Origin: an uncultured Polaromonas sp.
GTDB lineage: Bacteria; Pseudomonadota; Gammaproteobacteria; Burkholderiales; Burkholderiaceae_C
NCBI GenBank assembly: GCA_965365965.1
Contig: CBDUEA010000001.1
Coordinates: forward strand, 1-30,826
Length of the DNA stretch: 30,826 bases
Direction: 5' to 3'
Part shown: piece by piece, positions 1 through 9,319 of the stretch
Numbering within the stretch: the stretch's first letter is position 1
How the letters are laid out: each line of letters begins with the position of its first letter
Translations under genes and position numbers: made by a program
Notes under the pieces: model-generated
What the model was told of the DNA's origin: nothing
The model's input: the letters and a program-made list of their open reading frames with translations, nothing else
Database searches by the model: none

Positions 1-126
1 GCTTTAGACAAGTCCATTGACCACATGTTGAAAGCATTGCGTGCCGACACACCCAGCCAGGCAGATTGTAAACAGGCAGTGACTGAGATGATGAATACTT
101 TTAATTCGCTCGAAGGTAAGAAGTAA
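1..126 (+). CDS. 3' end of a gene truncated by the window; probably the small conserved protein that often precedes DUF347/COG4705 genes
   Basis: Frame 1 reads open as ALDKSIDHMLKALRADTPSQADCKQAVTEMMNTFNSLEGKK with TAA at 124-126, 32 nt before the next gene. The family assignment is from memory of similar C-termini (LDKAIDxALxALRA...CK). Confidence 0.7.
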   Translation, partial: ALDKSIDHMLKALRADTPSQADCKQAVTEMMNTFNSLEGKK

Positions 127-158
127 ATAGCAAATAGCAAGCATTCATCAGGTATCAA

Positions 159-917
159 ATGGACAATACAACAAAAACTGCTTTGAGCAAGGTGCCAGAA
201 GTCACTTTGCTTTTTTGGATCATCAAAATTGCCGCCACCACCCTTGGCGAGACAGCTGGCGATGCAGTGTCAATGTCAATGAATCTGGGTTACTTGGTCG
301 GGACGGCTATTTTTGCAGCTGTGTTCATTGCTGCAGTGATTGTGCAAATCAAGGCCAAGGCTTTTCATCCATTCCTGTATTGGACAACGATTATTACTAC
401 GACCACGGTAGGTACGACGCTGGCAGATTTTGCAGACCGCTCACTGGGTATCGGCTACGCAGGTGGCTCGATACTGCTGCTGGCACTGCTTTTGGCATCG
501 ATTTTCATCTGGCATCGCACACTAGGCTCCGTCTCAGTCAGCTCCGTCAGTTCGCCCAAAGCAGAAATGTTTTATTGGGTGACGATCATGTTCTCCCAAA
601 CCTTGGGAACGGCGCTTGGGGATTGGACAGCCGGCACGGTTGGGTTAGGCTATGTTGGCGCAGCTATGGTGTTTGGGGCATTGTTGGCATTGGTTGTGGC
701 CGCATACTTTTGGACAAATGTATCGCGTACACTGCTTTTTTGGGCAGCGTTTATTTTGACGCGTCCATTGGGTGCCGTCGTGGGAGACTTCCTAGATAAA
801 CCGCTCAACGCAGGTGGTTTGGCCTTGAGTCGTTATTCAGCTTCCGCTGCGCTCTTTGCGTTCATTTTGGGCAGTATTTTGTTGTTTAAGCAACGCGCTG
901 CTCAAAAGGCACATTAA
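159..917 (+). CDS. COG4705 / DUF347-repeat integral membrane protein
   Basis: N-terminal SKVPEVTLLFWIIKIAATTLGETAGD is the family signature. Four copies of [FY]W-x9-G-x3-[GA]D; hydrophobic throughout. Confidence 0.9.
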   Translation: MDNTTKTALSKVPEVTLLFWIIKIAATTLGETAGDAVSMSMNLGYLVGTAIFAAVFIAAVIVQIKAKAFHPFLYWTTIITTTTVGTTLADFADRSLGIGYAGGSILLLALLLASIFIWHRTLGSVSVSSVSSPKAEMFYWVTIMFSQTLGTALGDWTAGTVGLGYVGAAMVFGALLALVVAAYFWTNVSRTLLFWAAFILTRPLGAVVGDFLDKPLNAGGLALSRYSASAALFAFILGSILLFKQRAAQKAH

Positions 918-979
918 CTGACGGGTTGTCTCACGAAACCATTGCGCGGCACGGATCGCAGAAGAAAGGCTATCGTGTC

Positions 980-1543
980 ATGAATATTGCAGAATGGGTG
1001 CAATCCTACGGCTACTTGGCGGTGGCGGTGGGAACCTTTTTAGAAGGGGAATCCGTTTTGCTCATTGCAGGCGCTGCGGTTGCCCACGGTCATTTGTCAA
1101 TGCCGATTGTGATTGCCATAGCAACGTTCGCCAGCTTTTTGGGCGATCAAATGTATTTTTTCATCGGACGGCGGTATGGCGAAACGCTGCTGGCGAGGTA
1201 CCCGTCTTTAAAACCGCGTGCTGCCCGAGTCATGAACTTGCTCGATCGTCACCACTTGCCGCTGATCCTATCCATTCGATTTTTGTACGGCCTGCGTACC
1301 GTCGGGCCGATGACCATTGGCATGAGCAGCGTTTCGTGGTCTAGGTTTATGCTGCTCAATGGGCTGGGCGCTGTGCTGTGGGCTATGCTCATTACCAGCA
1401 TTGGCTTCGGGGCAGGCCATGCTTTGGTGTATCTGCTGCATTCGGTTGACGCGGACGAAGTATGGGGGTTTTCGCTGCTACTGGCTCTCGGACTTGTATG
1501 GTGGTTATTCAGACGCTACAGCCCATTTAACAAAAAAAACTGA
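980..1543 (+). CDS. DedA family membrane protein (YohD-like)
   Basis: Motifs GTFLEGE, GD..YFFIGRRYG and RFLYGLR. The ATG at 980, preceded by purine-rich GAAGAAAGG, is preferred over the ORF-track start at 926. Confidence 0.88.
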   Translation: MNIAEWVQSYGYLAVAVGTFLEGESVLLIAGAAVAHGHLSMPIVIAIATFASFLGDQMYFFIGRRYGETLLARYPSLKPRAARVMNLLDRHHLPLILSIRFLYGLRTVGPMTIGMSSVSWSRFMLLNGLGAVLWAMLITSIGFGAGHALVYLLHSVDADEVWGFSLLLALGLVWWLFRRYSPFNKKN

Positions 1544-1554
1544 AGGAAGAGCAC

Positions 1555-2220
1555 ATGCGTGTTTTGCTGGTTGAAGATGACACTATGATCGGCGAGGCGA
1601 TCCAAGCGGCATTGAAAGATGCTACTTACGCGACTGACTGGGTGAAGAACGGCCAAACCGCGCTCAGAACACTGGCATGCCAGCACTATGACGTGGTGTT
1701 GCTGGACCTAGGCTTACCCGGCAAGGATGGCTTGGAGGTGCTGGCCAATATCCGTGCGAAAGATAACCCTGTTCCACTGCTGATCATCACCGCTCGGGAT
1801 GGGTTGGATGATCGACTGCGTGGCTTGGACGGTGGCGCAGATGACTATGTGCTCAAGCCTTTTGAGATGGCAGAATTACTCGCCCGTATGCGTGCTGTGC
1901 TGCGTCGCAAAGGTGGTCATGCAACGCCCATTCTTAGCAACGGCGTGGTGTCGCTGGATTCGGCTACCAGAGAAGCCGCTGTCAATAACGGTGTCGCTGT
2001 ACAACTATCGAATCGAGAGCATGCGCTGCTGCAAGCTTTGCTGGTGAGGCCGGGTGCTATTTTGTCCCGCAGCGACTTGGAAGATCGTATTTACGGTTGG
2101 GGCGACGAGGTTGAAAGCAATGCGGTTGAGTTCTTGATCCACGCTTTGCGGCGCAAGTTGGGCAGCGACATCATCAAAAATATCAGGGGGGCGGGATGGA
2201 TGGTTTCAAAAAACGCTTAA
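1555..2220 (+). CDS. OmpR/PhoB-family response regulator (QseB/PmrA-like)
   Basis: Receiver domain (LLVEDD, LLDLGLP, ITARD, ADDYVLKPF) and winged-helix C-terminus (SNAVEFLIHALRRKLG, IRGAGW). Confidence 0.95.
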   Translation: MRVLLVEDDTMIGEAIQAALKDATYATDWVKNGQTALRTLACQHYDVVLLDLGLPGKDGLEVLANIRAKDNPVPLLIITARDGLDDRLRGLDGGADDYVLKPFEMAELLARMRAVLRRKGGHATPILSNGVVSLDSATREAAVNNGVAVQLSNREHALLQALLVRPGAILSRSDLEDRIYGWGDEVESNAVEFLIHALRRKLGSDIIKNIRGAGWMVSKNA

Positions 2221-3623
2221 CAAGTCCCTTAGCAAGGCGATTTAGCGAGTCGATTCAATTCAAGCTGTCCGCATCGTTATCGCTGGCCATTCTGGTTGTT
2301 GCGCTGCTTGCGGGCACTTTCTCATTCTTTGCAGCTTTTAACGAAGCGCACGAGCTACAAGACGATACCTTGACACAAGTTGCAGCCTTGTTTGACAGGC
2401 AACACCTCGATTTAGAACACCTGGGTGATGCAATCTCCAAAAAAAACAGCGATGAAGAAATGCGCGTTACGGTGCAAATGTTCGTTAATGAGAAGCTAGC
2501 TGATGGTGCTAAAGTTTTAAGTAGTCATGATGCAGGTGGACCGCTAGATTTACCTCAAACACTGGCAAATGGTACGCATACGTTGGAAGTTGGTGGTGAG
2601 TCGTATCGGGTATTGGTTAAAACGACCGCACTGGGTGAACGGATTGCTGTATCGCAAGAAACTGGCGTACGTGATGAATTGGCACGCGATGGTGCTTTTC
2701 GGACGCTGCTGCCTTTCCTCATTTTGATGCCCATCTTACTGCTGGTCGTAGCTGATTTGGTACGCAAGATGTTTCGACCAATTGCCACAGTAGCAGCAGA
2801 AATTGACCGGCGTACTGAGCAATCTTTGCATCCTGTGCAGGCAGTACATCTCCCAACCGAAGTCCGCCCATTTGTGGTGGCAATCAATCACTTGTTAAAA
2901 CGCGTTTCGCTGTCGATGGATGCTCAGCGCCGCTTTGTAGCCGATGCTGCGCATGAGCTGCGATCCCCTTTGACGGCTATTTCTCTGCAAGCACAGCGTT
3001 TGGCAGAGACGGAATTGTCTGAATTGGCGCAGGAACGACTTAACACCCTGCAACTTGGTATCGAACGCAGCCGTAATCTTTTAGACCAGCTACTTACCTT
3101 GGCAAAAGCCCAAGCAACGCCTGATTTGCCCAAGTCGCCTATTTCGGTCCAGACAATCTACCGCCGCGTTCTAGAAGACCTGATGCCACTGGCTGAAGCC
3201 AAACACATCGATATTGGTGTAGAAAGCGCGCCAAATGCGCAAGTAACGCAAGAAGTACAAGTGCTTGTGAGCGAGTTGGACCTGATTACCGTGGTCAAAA
3301 ACCTGGTCGACAATGCTATACGATATACCCCAGAAGGTGGCAAGATTGACCTTTCTGTGTCTGTCAGCGAAGGACGCACCACCTTGCACGTCATTGATTC
3401 TGGCCCTGGCATTTCTGCTTCTGAACGCGAACGTGTATTTGACCCTTTTTATCGCACCCTTGGCAGCGAGCAAACAGGTTCAGGCTTGGGGCTTTCCATC
3501 GTCAAAACGATTGCTGATCGGATAGGCGCAGAAGTTCGGTTGAACTACGCAGATGCAGCAAGGCAGTCGGGCTTATCTGTAGCAGTTGCACTTCCCGTTG
3601 TGAGGTCATCTCAAGGCAATTGA
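2196..3623 (+). CDS. Sensor histidine kinase (QseC-like)
   Basis: Two transmembrane segments, HAMP region, H-box DAAHELRSPL, N-box NLVDNAIRY, G1 DSGPGI, F-box FDPFYR, G2 GSGLGL. Overlaps the regulator by 25 nt. Confidence 0.95.
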   Translation: MDGFKKRLTSPLARRFSESIQFKLSASLSLAILVVALLAGTFSFFAAFNEAHELQDDTLTQVAALFDRQHLDLEHLGDAISKKNSDEEMRVTVQMFVNEKLADGAKVLSSHDAGGPLDLPQTLANGTHTLEVGGESYRVLVKTTALGERIAVSQETGVRDELARDGAFRTLLPFLILMPILLLVVADLVRKMFRPIATVAAEIDRRTEQSLHPVQAVHLPTEVRPFVVAINHLLKRVSLSMDAQRRFVADAAHELRSPLTAISLQAQRLAETELSELAQERLNTLQLGIERSRNLLDQLLTLAKAQATPDLPKSPISVQTIYRRVLEDLMPLAEAKHIDIGVESAPNAQVTQEVQVLVSELDLITVVKNLVDNAIRYTPEGGKIDLSVSVSEGRTTLHVIDSGPGISASERERVFDPFYRTLGSEQTGSGLGLSIVKTIADRIGAEVRLNYADAARQSGLSVAVALPVVRSSQGN

Positions 3624-3656
3624 AATCAGTTGCCTGGTACACCTCATTTAATGCCT

Positions 3657-4691
3657 CTATGCCTCAAATCCTGCCAAGACATTCGTCGCATTCACGCCCA
3701 ACTCAGCTGCTGCGTAACCGCCTTCAAGAACAAAAATCGTCGGTAAACCCAGTTGTCTGAGCCGCTCACCCAATGTCACAAAATCGTGGGATTGCAGCGC
3801 GAAGCTTGATATCGGATCGCCCGCGAAAGTGTCCAAACCCAATGAGACGACCAAGGCATCGGCGTTGTGGCGTTGGATGCGGGTGCAAGCGGCCTCCAAA
3901 GCGGCAAACCAAGTGGCTAGCAAACTGTGTGTGGGCAATGGCAGGTTGAGGTTGTAGCCTTGACCTTCGCCCTCGCCCACTTCGTCGGCATGACCCAAGT
4001 AAAACGGATACTCGGTACGTGGGTCGCCGTGGATGCTGACGTAGAGCACGTCAGCGCGGTCATAAAAAATGCTTTGTGTGCCGTTGCCGTGGTGGTAGTC
4101 CACGTCCAAAATAGCTACTCGAGCGCAACCATTGTTTCGCAGGGCTTGAGAAGCGACTGCTGCGTTGTTGATGAAGCAGTAGCCGCCCATGAAGTCGGCG
4201 CCCGCATGGTGGCCGGGCGGGCGAGTAGCGCAAAAAACGCCTTGTTCGCCGGCTTGGAGCAAAGCGGCGGCGCTGACGGCGGCGTCCGCGCCCACTTTGG
4301 CTGCCGCCCATGTGCCTGCGACGAGCGGACTGCCGTTGTCCATGCTGTACAGACCGAGTTTGGCGATGAAGTTGTCGGGTTCTAAGTCGCTGCGCAAACT
4401 GCGAACGGGCCAGACGGAGGGGAAAGGTTGCCGCTCAGCGTTGGCGGGGTCAAGCGCTAGCCACTGACTCCAAGCGGACTGCAAAAATGCCAAATAGCGC
4501 GGCGTGTGGACTTGTGCAAGTACACCGGTACTGTCAACATTCGGGTTGCGAAGTTCATGTTCACGCACCAGTAGCGCTTTCTGAACGTAGGTGGCGCGTT
4601 GTGGTGACTCAAAGCAAGGCACACGCTCGCCACGGAAGAACTCGTACTCGGGTGCGTGGAGCAGATGCTGCTCAGAAAAGAAAGTGATCAT
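3657..4691 (-). CDS. Zn-dependent histone-deacetylase-family protein, acetylpolyamine amidohydrolase-like
   Basis: Motifs RPPGHH, DVDYHHGNGTQ, SLGLDTF and EGGY are all intact. Confidence 0.92.
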   Translation of the reverse strand: MITFFSEQHLLHAPEYEFFRGERVPCFESPQRATYVQKALLVREHELRNPNVDSTGVLAQVHTPRYLAFLQSAWSQWLALDPANAERQPFPSVWPVRSLRSDLEPDNFIAKLGLYSMDNGSPLVAGTWAAAKVGADAAVSAAALLQAGEQGVFCATRPPGHHAGADFMGGYCFINNAAVASQALRNNGCARVAILDVDYHHGNGTQSIFYDRADVLYVSIHGDPRTEYPFYLGHADEVGEGEGQGYNLNLPLPTHSLLATWFAALEAACTRIQRHNADALVVSLGLDTFAGDPISSFALQSHDFVTLGERLRQLGLPTIFVLEGGYAAAELGVNATNVLAGFEA

Positions 4692-4866
4692 TTTTTAACT
4701 TATTTATGCATTAATTGAGCTTTAGCAAGCAAGTTTAAGAGCATGCTGTACCGCGCTTGACCCGCGGCTATTGCAGGTAGATACTTTAAATGAATAGCTG
4801 GGTCTTAAGTATTCAGACTGCCATACAAGCTCATCAAGCTCAGTTTATTTAAGCTAGGAGTTCGTT

Positions 4867-5913
4867 ATGAATCATTCTTTGAAATGCGCAATTTCCTCGG
4901 TCTGGTGCATGACCTGTTGGGGATCGATTGCTATTGCACAATCTGTCACGCCAATGACTGGCTTTCGCAGTGGTCCAGGCAATGGGGTTTACAGCTATGC
5001 GTCTAGCAATCCTGTTACCGTCATGGATTTGATGCAAAGCAATCGACCCAGACCGGCAGCAACAGCCCAAGGTCAGCTGGTATTACCGGCCAACTTGCCA
5101 GCTGATGCCAAAATACCCGCTGTGGTCTTGGTTCATGGCTCGGGTGGTGTCTACCCTGAAGAGGTCACTTTTTGGGCCAAACTATTGAACGAGCAAGGTA
5201 TCGCGGCATTTGTGATTGATATTTTTGGACCGCGCGGTGTCAAATCAACGGGAGAAGACCAAAGTCAAATCTCTTTTGCCACCGACACAGCAGACGCTTT
5301 TGCAGCCTTGGGAATGCTGGCAAGTCACCCTAAGATTGACCCCAAACGCATTGCCGTGATGGGCTTTTCTCGTGGCGGCATCACTGTCTTGCGCAGTGCT
5401 GTCAATAAAATTGCCAGCGGCTCGGTGTCTGCGGGTTTGCGTTTTGCCGCGCATTTGGCCATGTATTCGGGCGGCTGTGCCGGTAACTTGTCTGTCATGC
5501 CCAAACCAGGGGTGTTTGGCGCAGCGCCGATGTTGTTTGTTCACGGCGATGCAGATGATTACACCTACTTATCTGATTGCCGGATTTATGCGCAGCGCAT
5601 CAATGCCGCAGGTACGCCGACCGAGTTGGTGGTGCTGCCAGGCGCGCGGCATAAGTTTGATGTAGACAACCAGCGCCGTATCAATGTGAGCAACAACACC
5701 AAAACCAAAGAAGGCTGTCCGCTTGAGTTTGACATCGACGCGCTGAAACTGCGGGACCGACGCAGTGGCGAGGTGGTGTCGGCTGAAGCGGCACAAACAC
5801 TGGGTCGCGAGTTGTGCGCCGACAAAGGTGCAAGTTTGGAAGGCAGCACTCAAGCCCGTGAGCTAGCGGGCAAAGCAGCTATCGCTTTTTTGCAAAAAGC
5901 CTTTAAAACTTGA
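4867..5913 (+). CDS. Secreted dienelactone-hydrolase-like alpha/beta hydrolase
   Basis: Signal-peptide-like N-terminus (...AIA-QS); HGSGG; nucleophile elbow GFSRGG; HGDADDY; GARHKFD. SD AGGAG at 4856-4860. Confidence 0.85.
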   Translation: MNHSLKCAISSVWCMTCWGSIAIAQSVTPMTGFRSGPGNGVYSYASSNPVTVMDLMQSNRPRPAATAQGQLVLPANLPADAKIPAVVLVHGSGGVYPEEVTFWAKLLNEQGIAAFVIDIFGPRGVKSTGEDQSQISFATDTADAFAALGMLASHPKIDPKRIAVMGFSRGGITVLRSAVNKIASGSVSAGLRFAAHLAMYSGGCAGNLSVMPKPGVFGAAPMLFVHGDADDYTYLSDCRIYAQRINAAGTPTELVVLPGARHKFDVDNQRRINVSNNTKTKEGCPLEFDIDALKLRDRRSGEVVSAEAAQTLGRELCADKGASLEGSTQARELAGKAAIAFLQKAFKT

Positions 5914-5980
5914 AAACATCTAAAAAATACTTAAAAATAGAGCTATATTCCTCTGTAGCCGGCGTTTTTATTGATTTTTT

Positions 5981-5999
5981 AGCTATTTAATTAATAGCT
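5981..5999. repeat. AT-rich inverted repeat AGCTATT-TAATT-AATAGCT followed by a T-tract
   Basis: 7-bp arms seen directly. Could be a weak terminator or a degenerate intergenic REP-like element. Confidence 0.4.
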
Positions 6000-6049
6000 T
6001 TTTTCATCATGGTAAGCTCTGGAGACATCACTAGAGAAAGCGCAGCTTT

Positions 6050-6685
6050 ATGACGACTGAAAAGCAAACTACACCACGCAAAGCCTTTTCGATGATTCGT
6101 GAGTTTCACTTGGCAGATTGGTTCACGTTGGCGAATGCGGTATGTGGCGTTGGGGCGTTGTTTTCGACCATGAGCTATCTAGAAACAGGTTTAGAACAGC
6201 ACATTTACTTTGCCTGTGCTTTGGTTTTAGCCGCATTGATTTTTGATATTTTGGATGGTCGCATTGCACGCTGGCGGCAAAAATCGTCGGCCTTGGGACG
6301 AGAGTTGGACTCGCTGTCTGACGTGATTTCCTTCGGTGTCGCACCAGCCATCATTGCCTACGGTTGCGGCATGCAAGGACTGTATGACCGCATCGTTTTA
6401 GCTTATTTTGTCGCTTGCGGAGTCTCACGTTTGGCTCGCTACAACGTCACGGCAGAAACCTTGTCTGAAGGCACGGGCAAAGTTAAATACTTTGAGGGCA
6501 CACCAATTCCAATGTCTATTTTGCTGGTTGGTGTTATGGCCGTGGCTACCTACTATGGCGCGGTAAGGCAGGATTTGTGGTTTGGCGTGGTAACTCTAGG
6601 TGGCTTCATGCTCCATCCGTTGGTACTGATGTTTGCACTGTCTGGTTCATTGATGATCAGCCGTATTCGCATCCCCAAACCATGA
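6050..6685 (+). CDS. CDP-alcohol phosphatidyltransferase (PssA-like)
   Basis: Family motif D-G-x2-A-R-x8-G-x2-L-D-x3-D is present as DGRIARWRQKSSALGRELDSLSD. Confidence 0.92.
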   Translation: MTTEKQTTPRKAFSMIREFHLADWFTLANAVCGVGALFSTMSYLETGLEQHIYFACALVLAALIFDILDGRIARWRQKSSALGRELDSLSDVISFGVAPAIIAYGCGMQGLYDRIVLAYFVACGVSRLARYNVTAETLSEGTGKVKYFEGTPIPMSILLVGVMAVATYYGAVRQDLWFGVVTLGGFMLHPLVLMFALSGSLMISRIRIPKP

Positions 6686-6844
6686 GCTAAGCATAAAATT
6701 TGACGCTACGTCATCTGCTTTAGTGCCAGCGCTCTAAGCTCAACAAAGCTCGGTATAACCCTAGGTGACGAGCGGCTTGAAATACCTATACTGAACTGAC
6801 AAGTATTCCTTAACTTTCGCATACAACTGCTGGAGCCCTAAAAC

Positions 6845-8542
6845 ATGACCAAGACCAAGATACCCGACGAGTTGCTAGCCCTGCAACGTCTCTACTTTTG
6901 GGAAAAAACCGAACCCAACCGCATCGCTCTGACCCAGCCTATGGGCAATGGCGAGGTGAAAGACTTTACTTGGGCGCAGGTGGGTGACCAAGTCAGACGC
7001 ATGGCGTCGAATTTGAAATCGCAGGGTTGGGAGCCGGGTTCCAAAGTGGCGATATTCTCCAAAAACTGCGCTTGGTGGATGTTGTCCGATTTGGCGATCT
7101 GGATGGCAGGCTATGTATCTGTGCCACTCTACCCTACGCTTGCTCACGAGACAATTCGTCAGATTTTGGAACACAGCGAGGCCAAAGCTTGTTTTATCGG
7201 CAAGTTGGACGGCTGGGAGGGCATGAAAGCAGGTGTCCCGGCAGGTTTGCCATGCATCAGCTATGCATTGTCCCCCGCAGATGCCATTCAAAAGTATGAG
7301 AGCTGGGACGCCATTTGCGCTCGCAGCCAACCCATGCAGGGCGAGCCCGTACGTGCGTCTGACGAGTTGGCCACGCTGATCTATACCTCTGGCACGACCG
7401 GTATGCCCAAGGGCGTGATGCAGAGCTTTGGCAACTTTGCCTGGGCGCTGGACTCCGGCGTCAAGCGCATCCCCATGACGGGAGAAGACCGCATGCTGTC
7501 CTACCTGCCCTTGGCGCACGTGGTTGAGCGTATGCTGGTTGAACACGGCTGGTTGCGCACGGCAATGCATATCTATTTTGCGGATTCGCTGGACACCTTT
7601 GCGGCCGACTTGCAACGTGCACAGCCGACAATTTTCTTTTCTGTGCCCCGCCTGTGGGTCAAATTCCAGCAAGGCATCCACCACAAAATGCCTCCTGCCA
7701 AGCTGAATCGTTTGTTGGGCATCCCCATTTTGGGCGGCATTGTTCGTCGCAAAGTGATGAAAGCACTGGGATTGGACAAATGCACGTTTGCTGCCGGCGG
7801 TGCCGCGCCCATGCCGCTGGCATTGCTGCAGTGGTACAGCAAGCTAGGGCTGAATATCAATGAAGGCTACGGAATGACAGAAAATCTGGCGTTGTCGCAC
7901 ATCACCGTGCCTGGTAAAACCCAGCAAGGCTCGGTCGGCCCTGTTTACGACGGTGTGAAACAGCGTATCGACCCTGAAACAGGTGAAATCCAAATGATCA
8001 GCCCAGCGCTGATGATGGGCTACTACAAAGAACCTGAAAAAACCCGCGAAGCGTTCACCGATGATGGTTGGCTAAAAACAGGCGACAAAGGCCGTATCGA
8101 CGAGCAAGGCTGCCTGCACATCACAGGGCGCGTTAAAGATCTCTTCAAAACCGGCAAAGGCAAATATGTAGCGCCCGCCCCAATTGAGGACAAATTGGTC
8201 ATGCACGAGGCGGTGGAAGCCTGTGTGGTGACCGGTGCCAATCTAGGGCAACCGCTGGGAATTGTGATGTTGAACGCAGAAGCCGCAGCCCGCAGCAAAG
8301 ACCCTACCGCCCGTGCCGAGTTGGAAAGCTCGCTCAAACAACACCTGAAAACCATCAATGCGACGCTAGACCCGCATGAGCAGTTGAAGTGCTTGGTCTT
8401 AGTCACAACGGCTTGGACGGTGGACAACGACATCATCACCCCAACCTTCAAGGTGAAACGCAACCGCATTGAAGACCTGTACTCCAAAAACTATGAAGCT
8501 TGGGAAGCGTCGGGTGACAAGGTGATCTGGCAAACTTCGTAA
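6845..8542 (+). CDS. AMP-binding enzyme, long-chain fatty-acid--CoA ligase-like
   Basis: YTSGTTGMPKG, LSYLPLAHVVER, EGYGMTE, GWLKTGDKG, ITGRVKD and terminal PTFKVKR. SD GGAG upstream. Confidence 0.93.
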   Translation: MTKTKIPDELLALQRLYFWEKTEPNRIALTQPMGNGEVKDFTWAQVGDQVRRMASNLKSQGWEPGSKVAIFSKNCAWWMLSDLAIWMAGYVSVPLYPTLAHETIRQILEHSEAKACFIGKLDGWEGMKAGVPAGLPCISYALSPADAIQKYESWDAICARSQPMQGEPVRASDELATLIYTSGTTGMPKGVMQSFGNFAWALDSGVKRIPMTGEDRMLSYLPLAHVVERMLVEHGWLRTAMHIYFADSLDTFAADLQRAQPTIFFSVPRLWVKFQQGIHHKMPPAKLNRLLGIPILGGIVRRKVMKALGLDKCTFAAGGAAPMPLALLQWYSKLGLNINEGYGMTENLALSHITVPGKTQQGSVGPVYDGVKQRIDPETGEIQMISPALMMGYYKEPEKTREAFTDDGWLKTGDKGRIDEQGCLHITGRVKDLFKTGKGKYVAPAPIEDKLVMHEAVEACVVTGANLGQPLGIVMLNAEAAARSKDPTARAELESSLKQHLKTINATLDPHEQLKCLVLVTTAWTVDNDIITPTFKVKRNRIEDLYSKNYEAWEASGDKVIWQTS

Positions 8543-8587
8543 CTGTTAGCGCTGGGTTGAGGAATTCATCACAACGGCCGTTTCGAT

Positions 8588-9232
8588 TTGGTGTGCATGC
8601 ATGGTCTTAAAACCATTGGTCTCAATTTGAAACGGTCCACGTGCGCAAGCTGCCTGCGTCCACAAAGTGCTTGTATTTGCCAATGGGTCAAGCAGACTGA
8701 ACACGCTGTTGAGGTGCTAATCTTGCAGCACCCACTGGAGGTACATGAAGCCAAGGGCAGCGCGCGGTTGCTGCACCTGAGCTTGCAACACAGTCAGCTG
8801 GTGGTTGGCGAAGAATTTGAGTCGACTTTGTTGCAAGACTTGCTGACGAAACAAGGTAAATTTCCCGTTCTTTTGTATCCAGACTCCCCTGAGGATGCTG
8901 GCTTAGGGCTTTTAAAACCTGCAAACATCGCTTCCGAGATGCTTCAACACCCAGAGAGACTGCGACTGGTAGTACTGGACGGAACTTGGCGTAAGAGCCG
9001 TAAGATGATGTATCTGAATCCATTGCTACAGCAATTACCCCGTTTACCGTTGCACGATACGGCTGCGTCAAAGTACCTTATCCGTAAAGCGCATTTTCCG
9101 AATCAATTGTCAACTATAGAGGCGACTTGTGCAGCCTTGGCGCATTTGGAGGGCAATGCGTTGCAATTTGCACCTTTACTCGCCGCGTTTGACGGTTTTG
9201 TCGCTCAGCAGATGCAACACAAGGTGAAATAG
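8588..9232 (+). CDS. DTW-domain tRNA-uridine aminocarboxypropyltransferase (acp3U; TapT/YfiP-like)
   Basis: CxxC-x5-CxC N-terminus, LQHPLE, LDGTW, YLIRK, LSTIEA. True start is uncertain and may lie a few codons downstream. Confidence 0.88.
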   Translation: MVCMHGLKTIGLNLKRSTCASCLRPQSACICQWVKQTEHAVEVLILQHPLEVHEAKGSARLLHLSLQHSQLVVGEEFESTLLQDLLTKQGKFPVLLYPDSPEDAGLGLLKPANIASEMLQHPERLRLVVLDGTWRKSRKMMYLNPLLQQLPRLPLHDTAASKYLIRKAHFPNQLSTIEATCAALAHLEGNALQFAPLLAAFDGFVAQQMQHKVK

Positions 9233-9299
9233 CGTTAATTCAGGTTTTATCGAACAATACACATATACTGTACAGAGTATCATTTTGTCGATACACTAC

Positions 9300-9319
9300 A
9301 AGTAATTGATCAATTACTT
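9300..9319. promoter_or_regulatory. Perfect 20-bp palindrome AAGTAATTGATCAATTACTT; candidate TetR operator
   Basis: Exact self-complementarity; abuts the SD (AGGTGG, 9320-9325) of the TetR gene. Confidence 0.75.

Noticed and set aside
2439-2446. A8 run in the kinase gene (another at the DedA 3' end)
   Set aside because: Both frames are intact, and runs of 8 A are common, so there is no evidence for phase variation.
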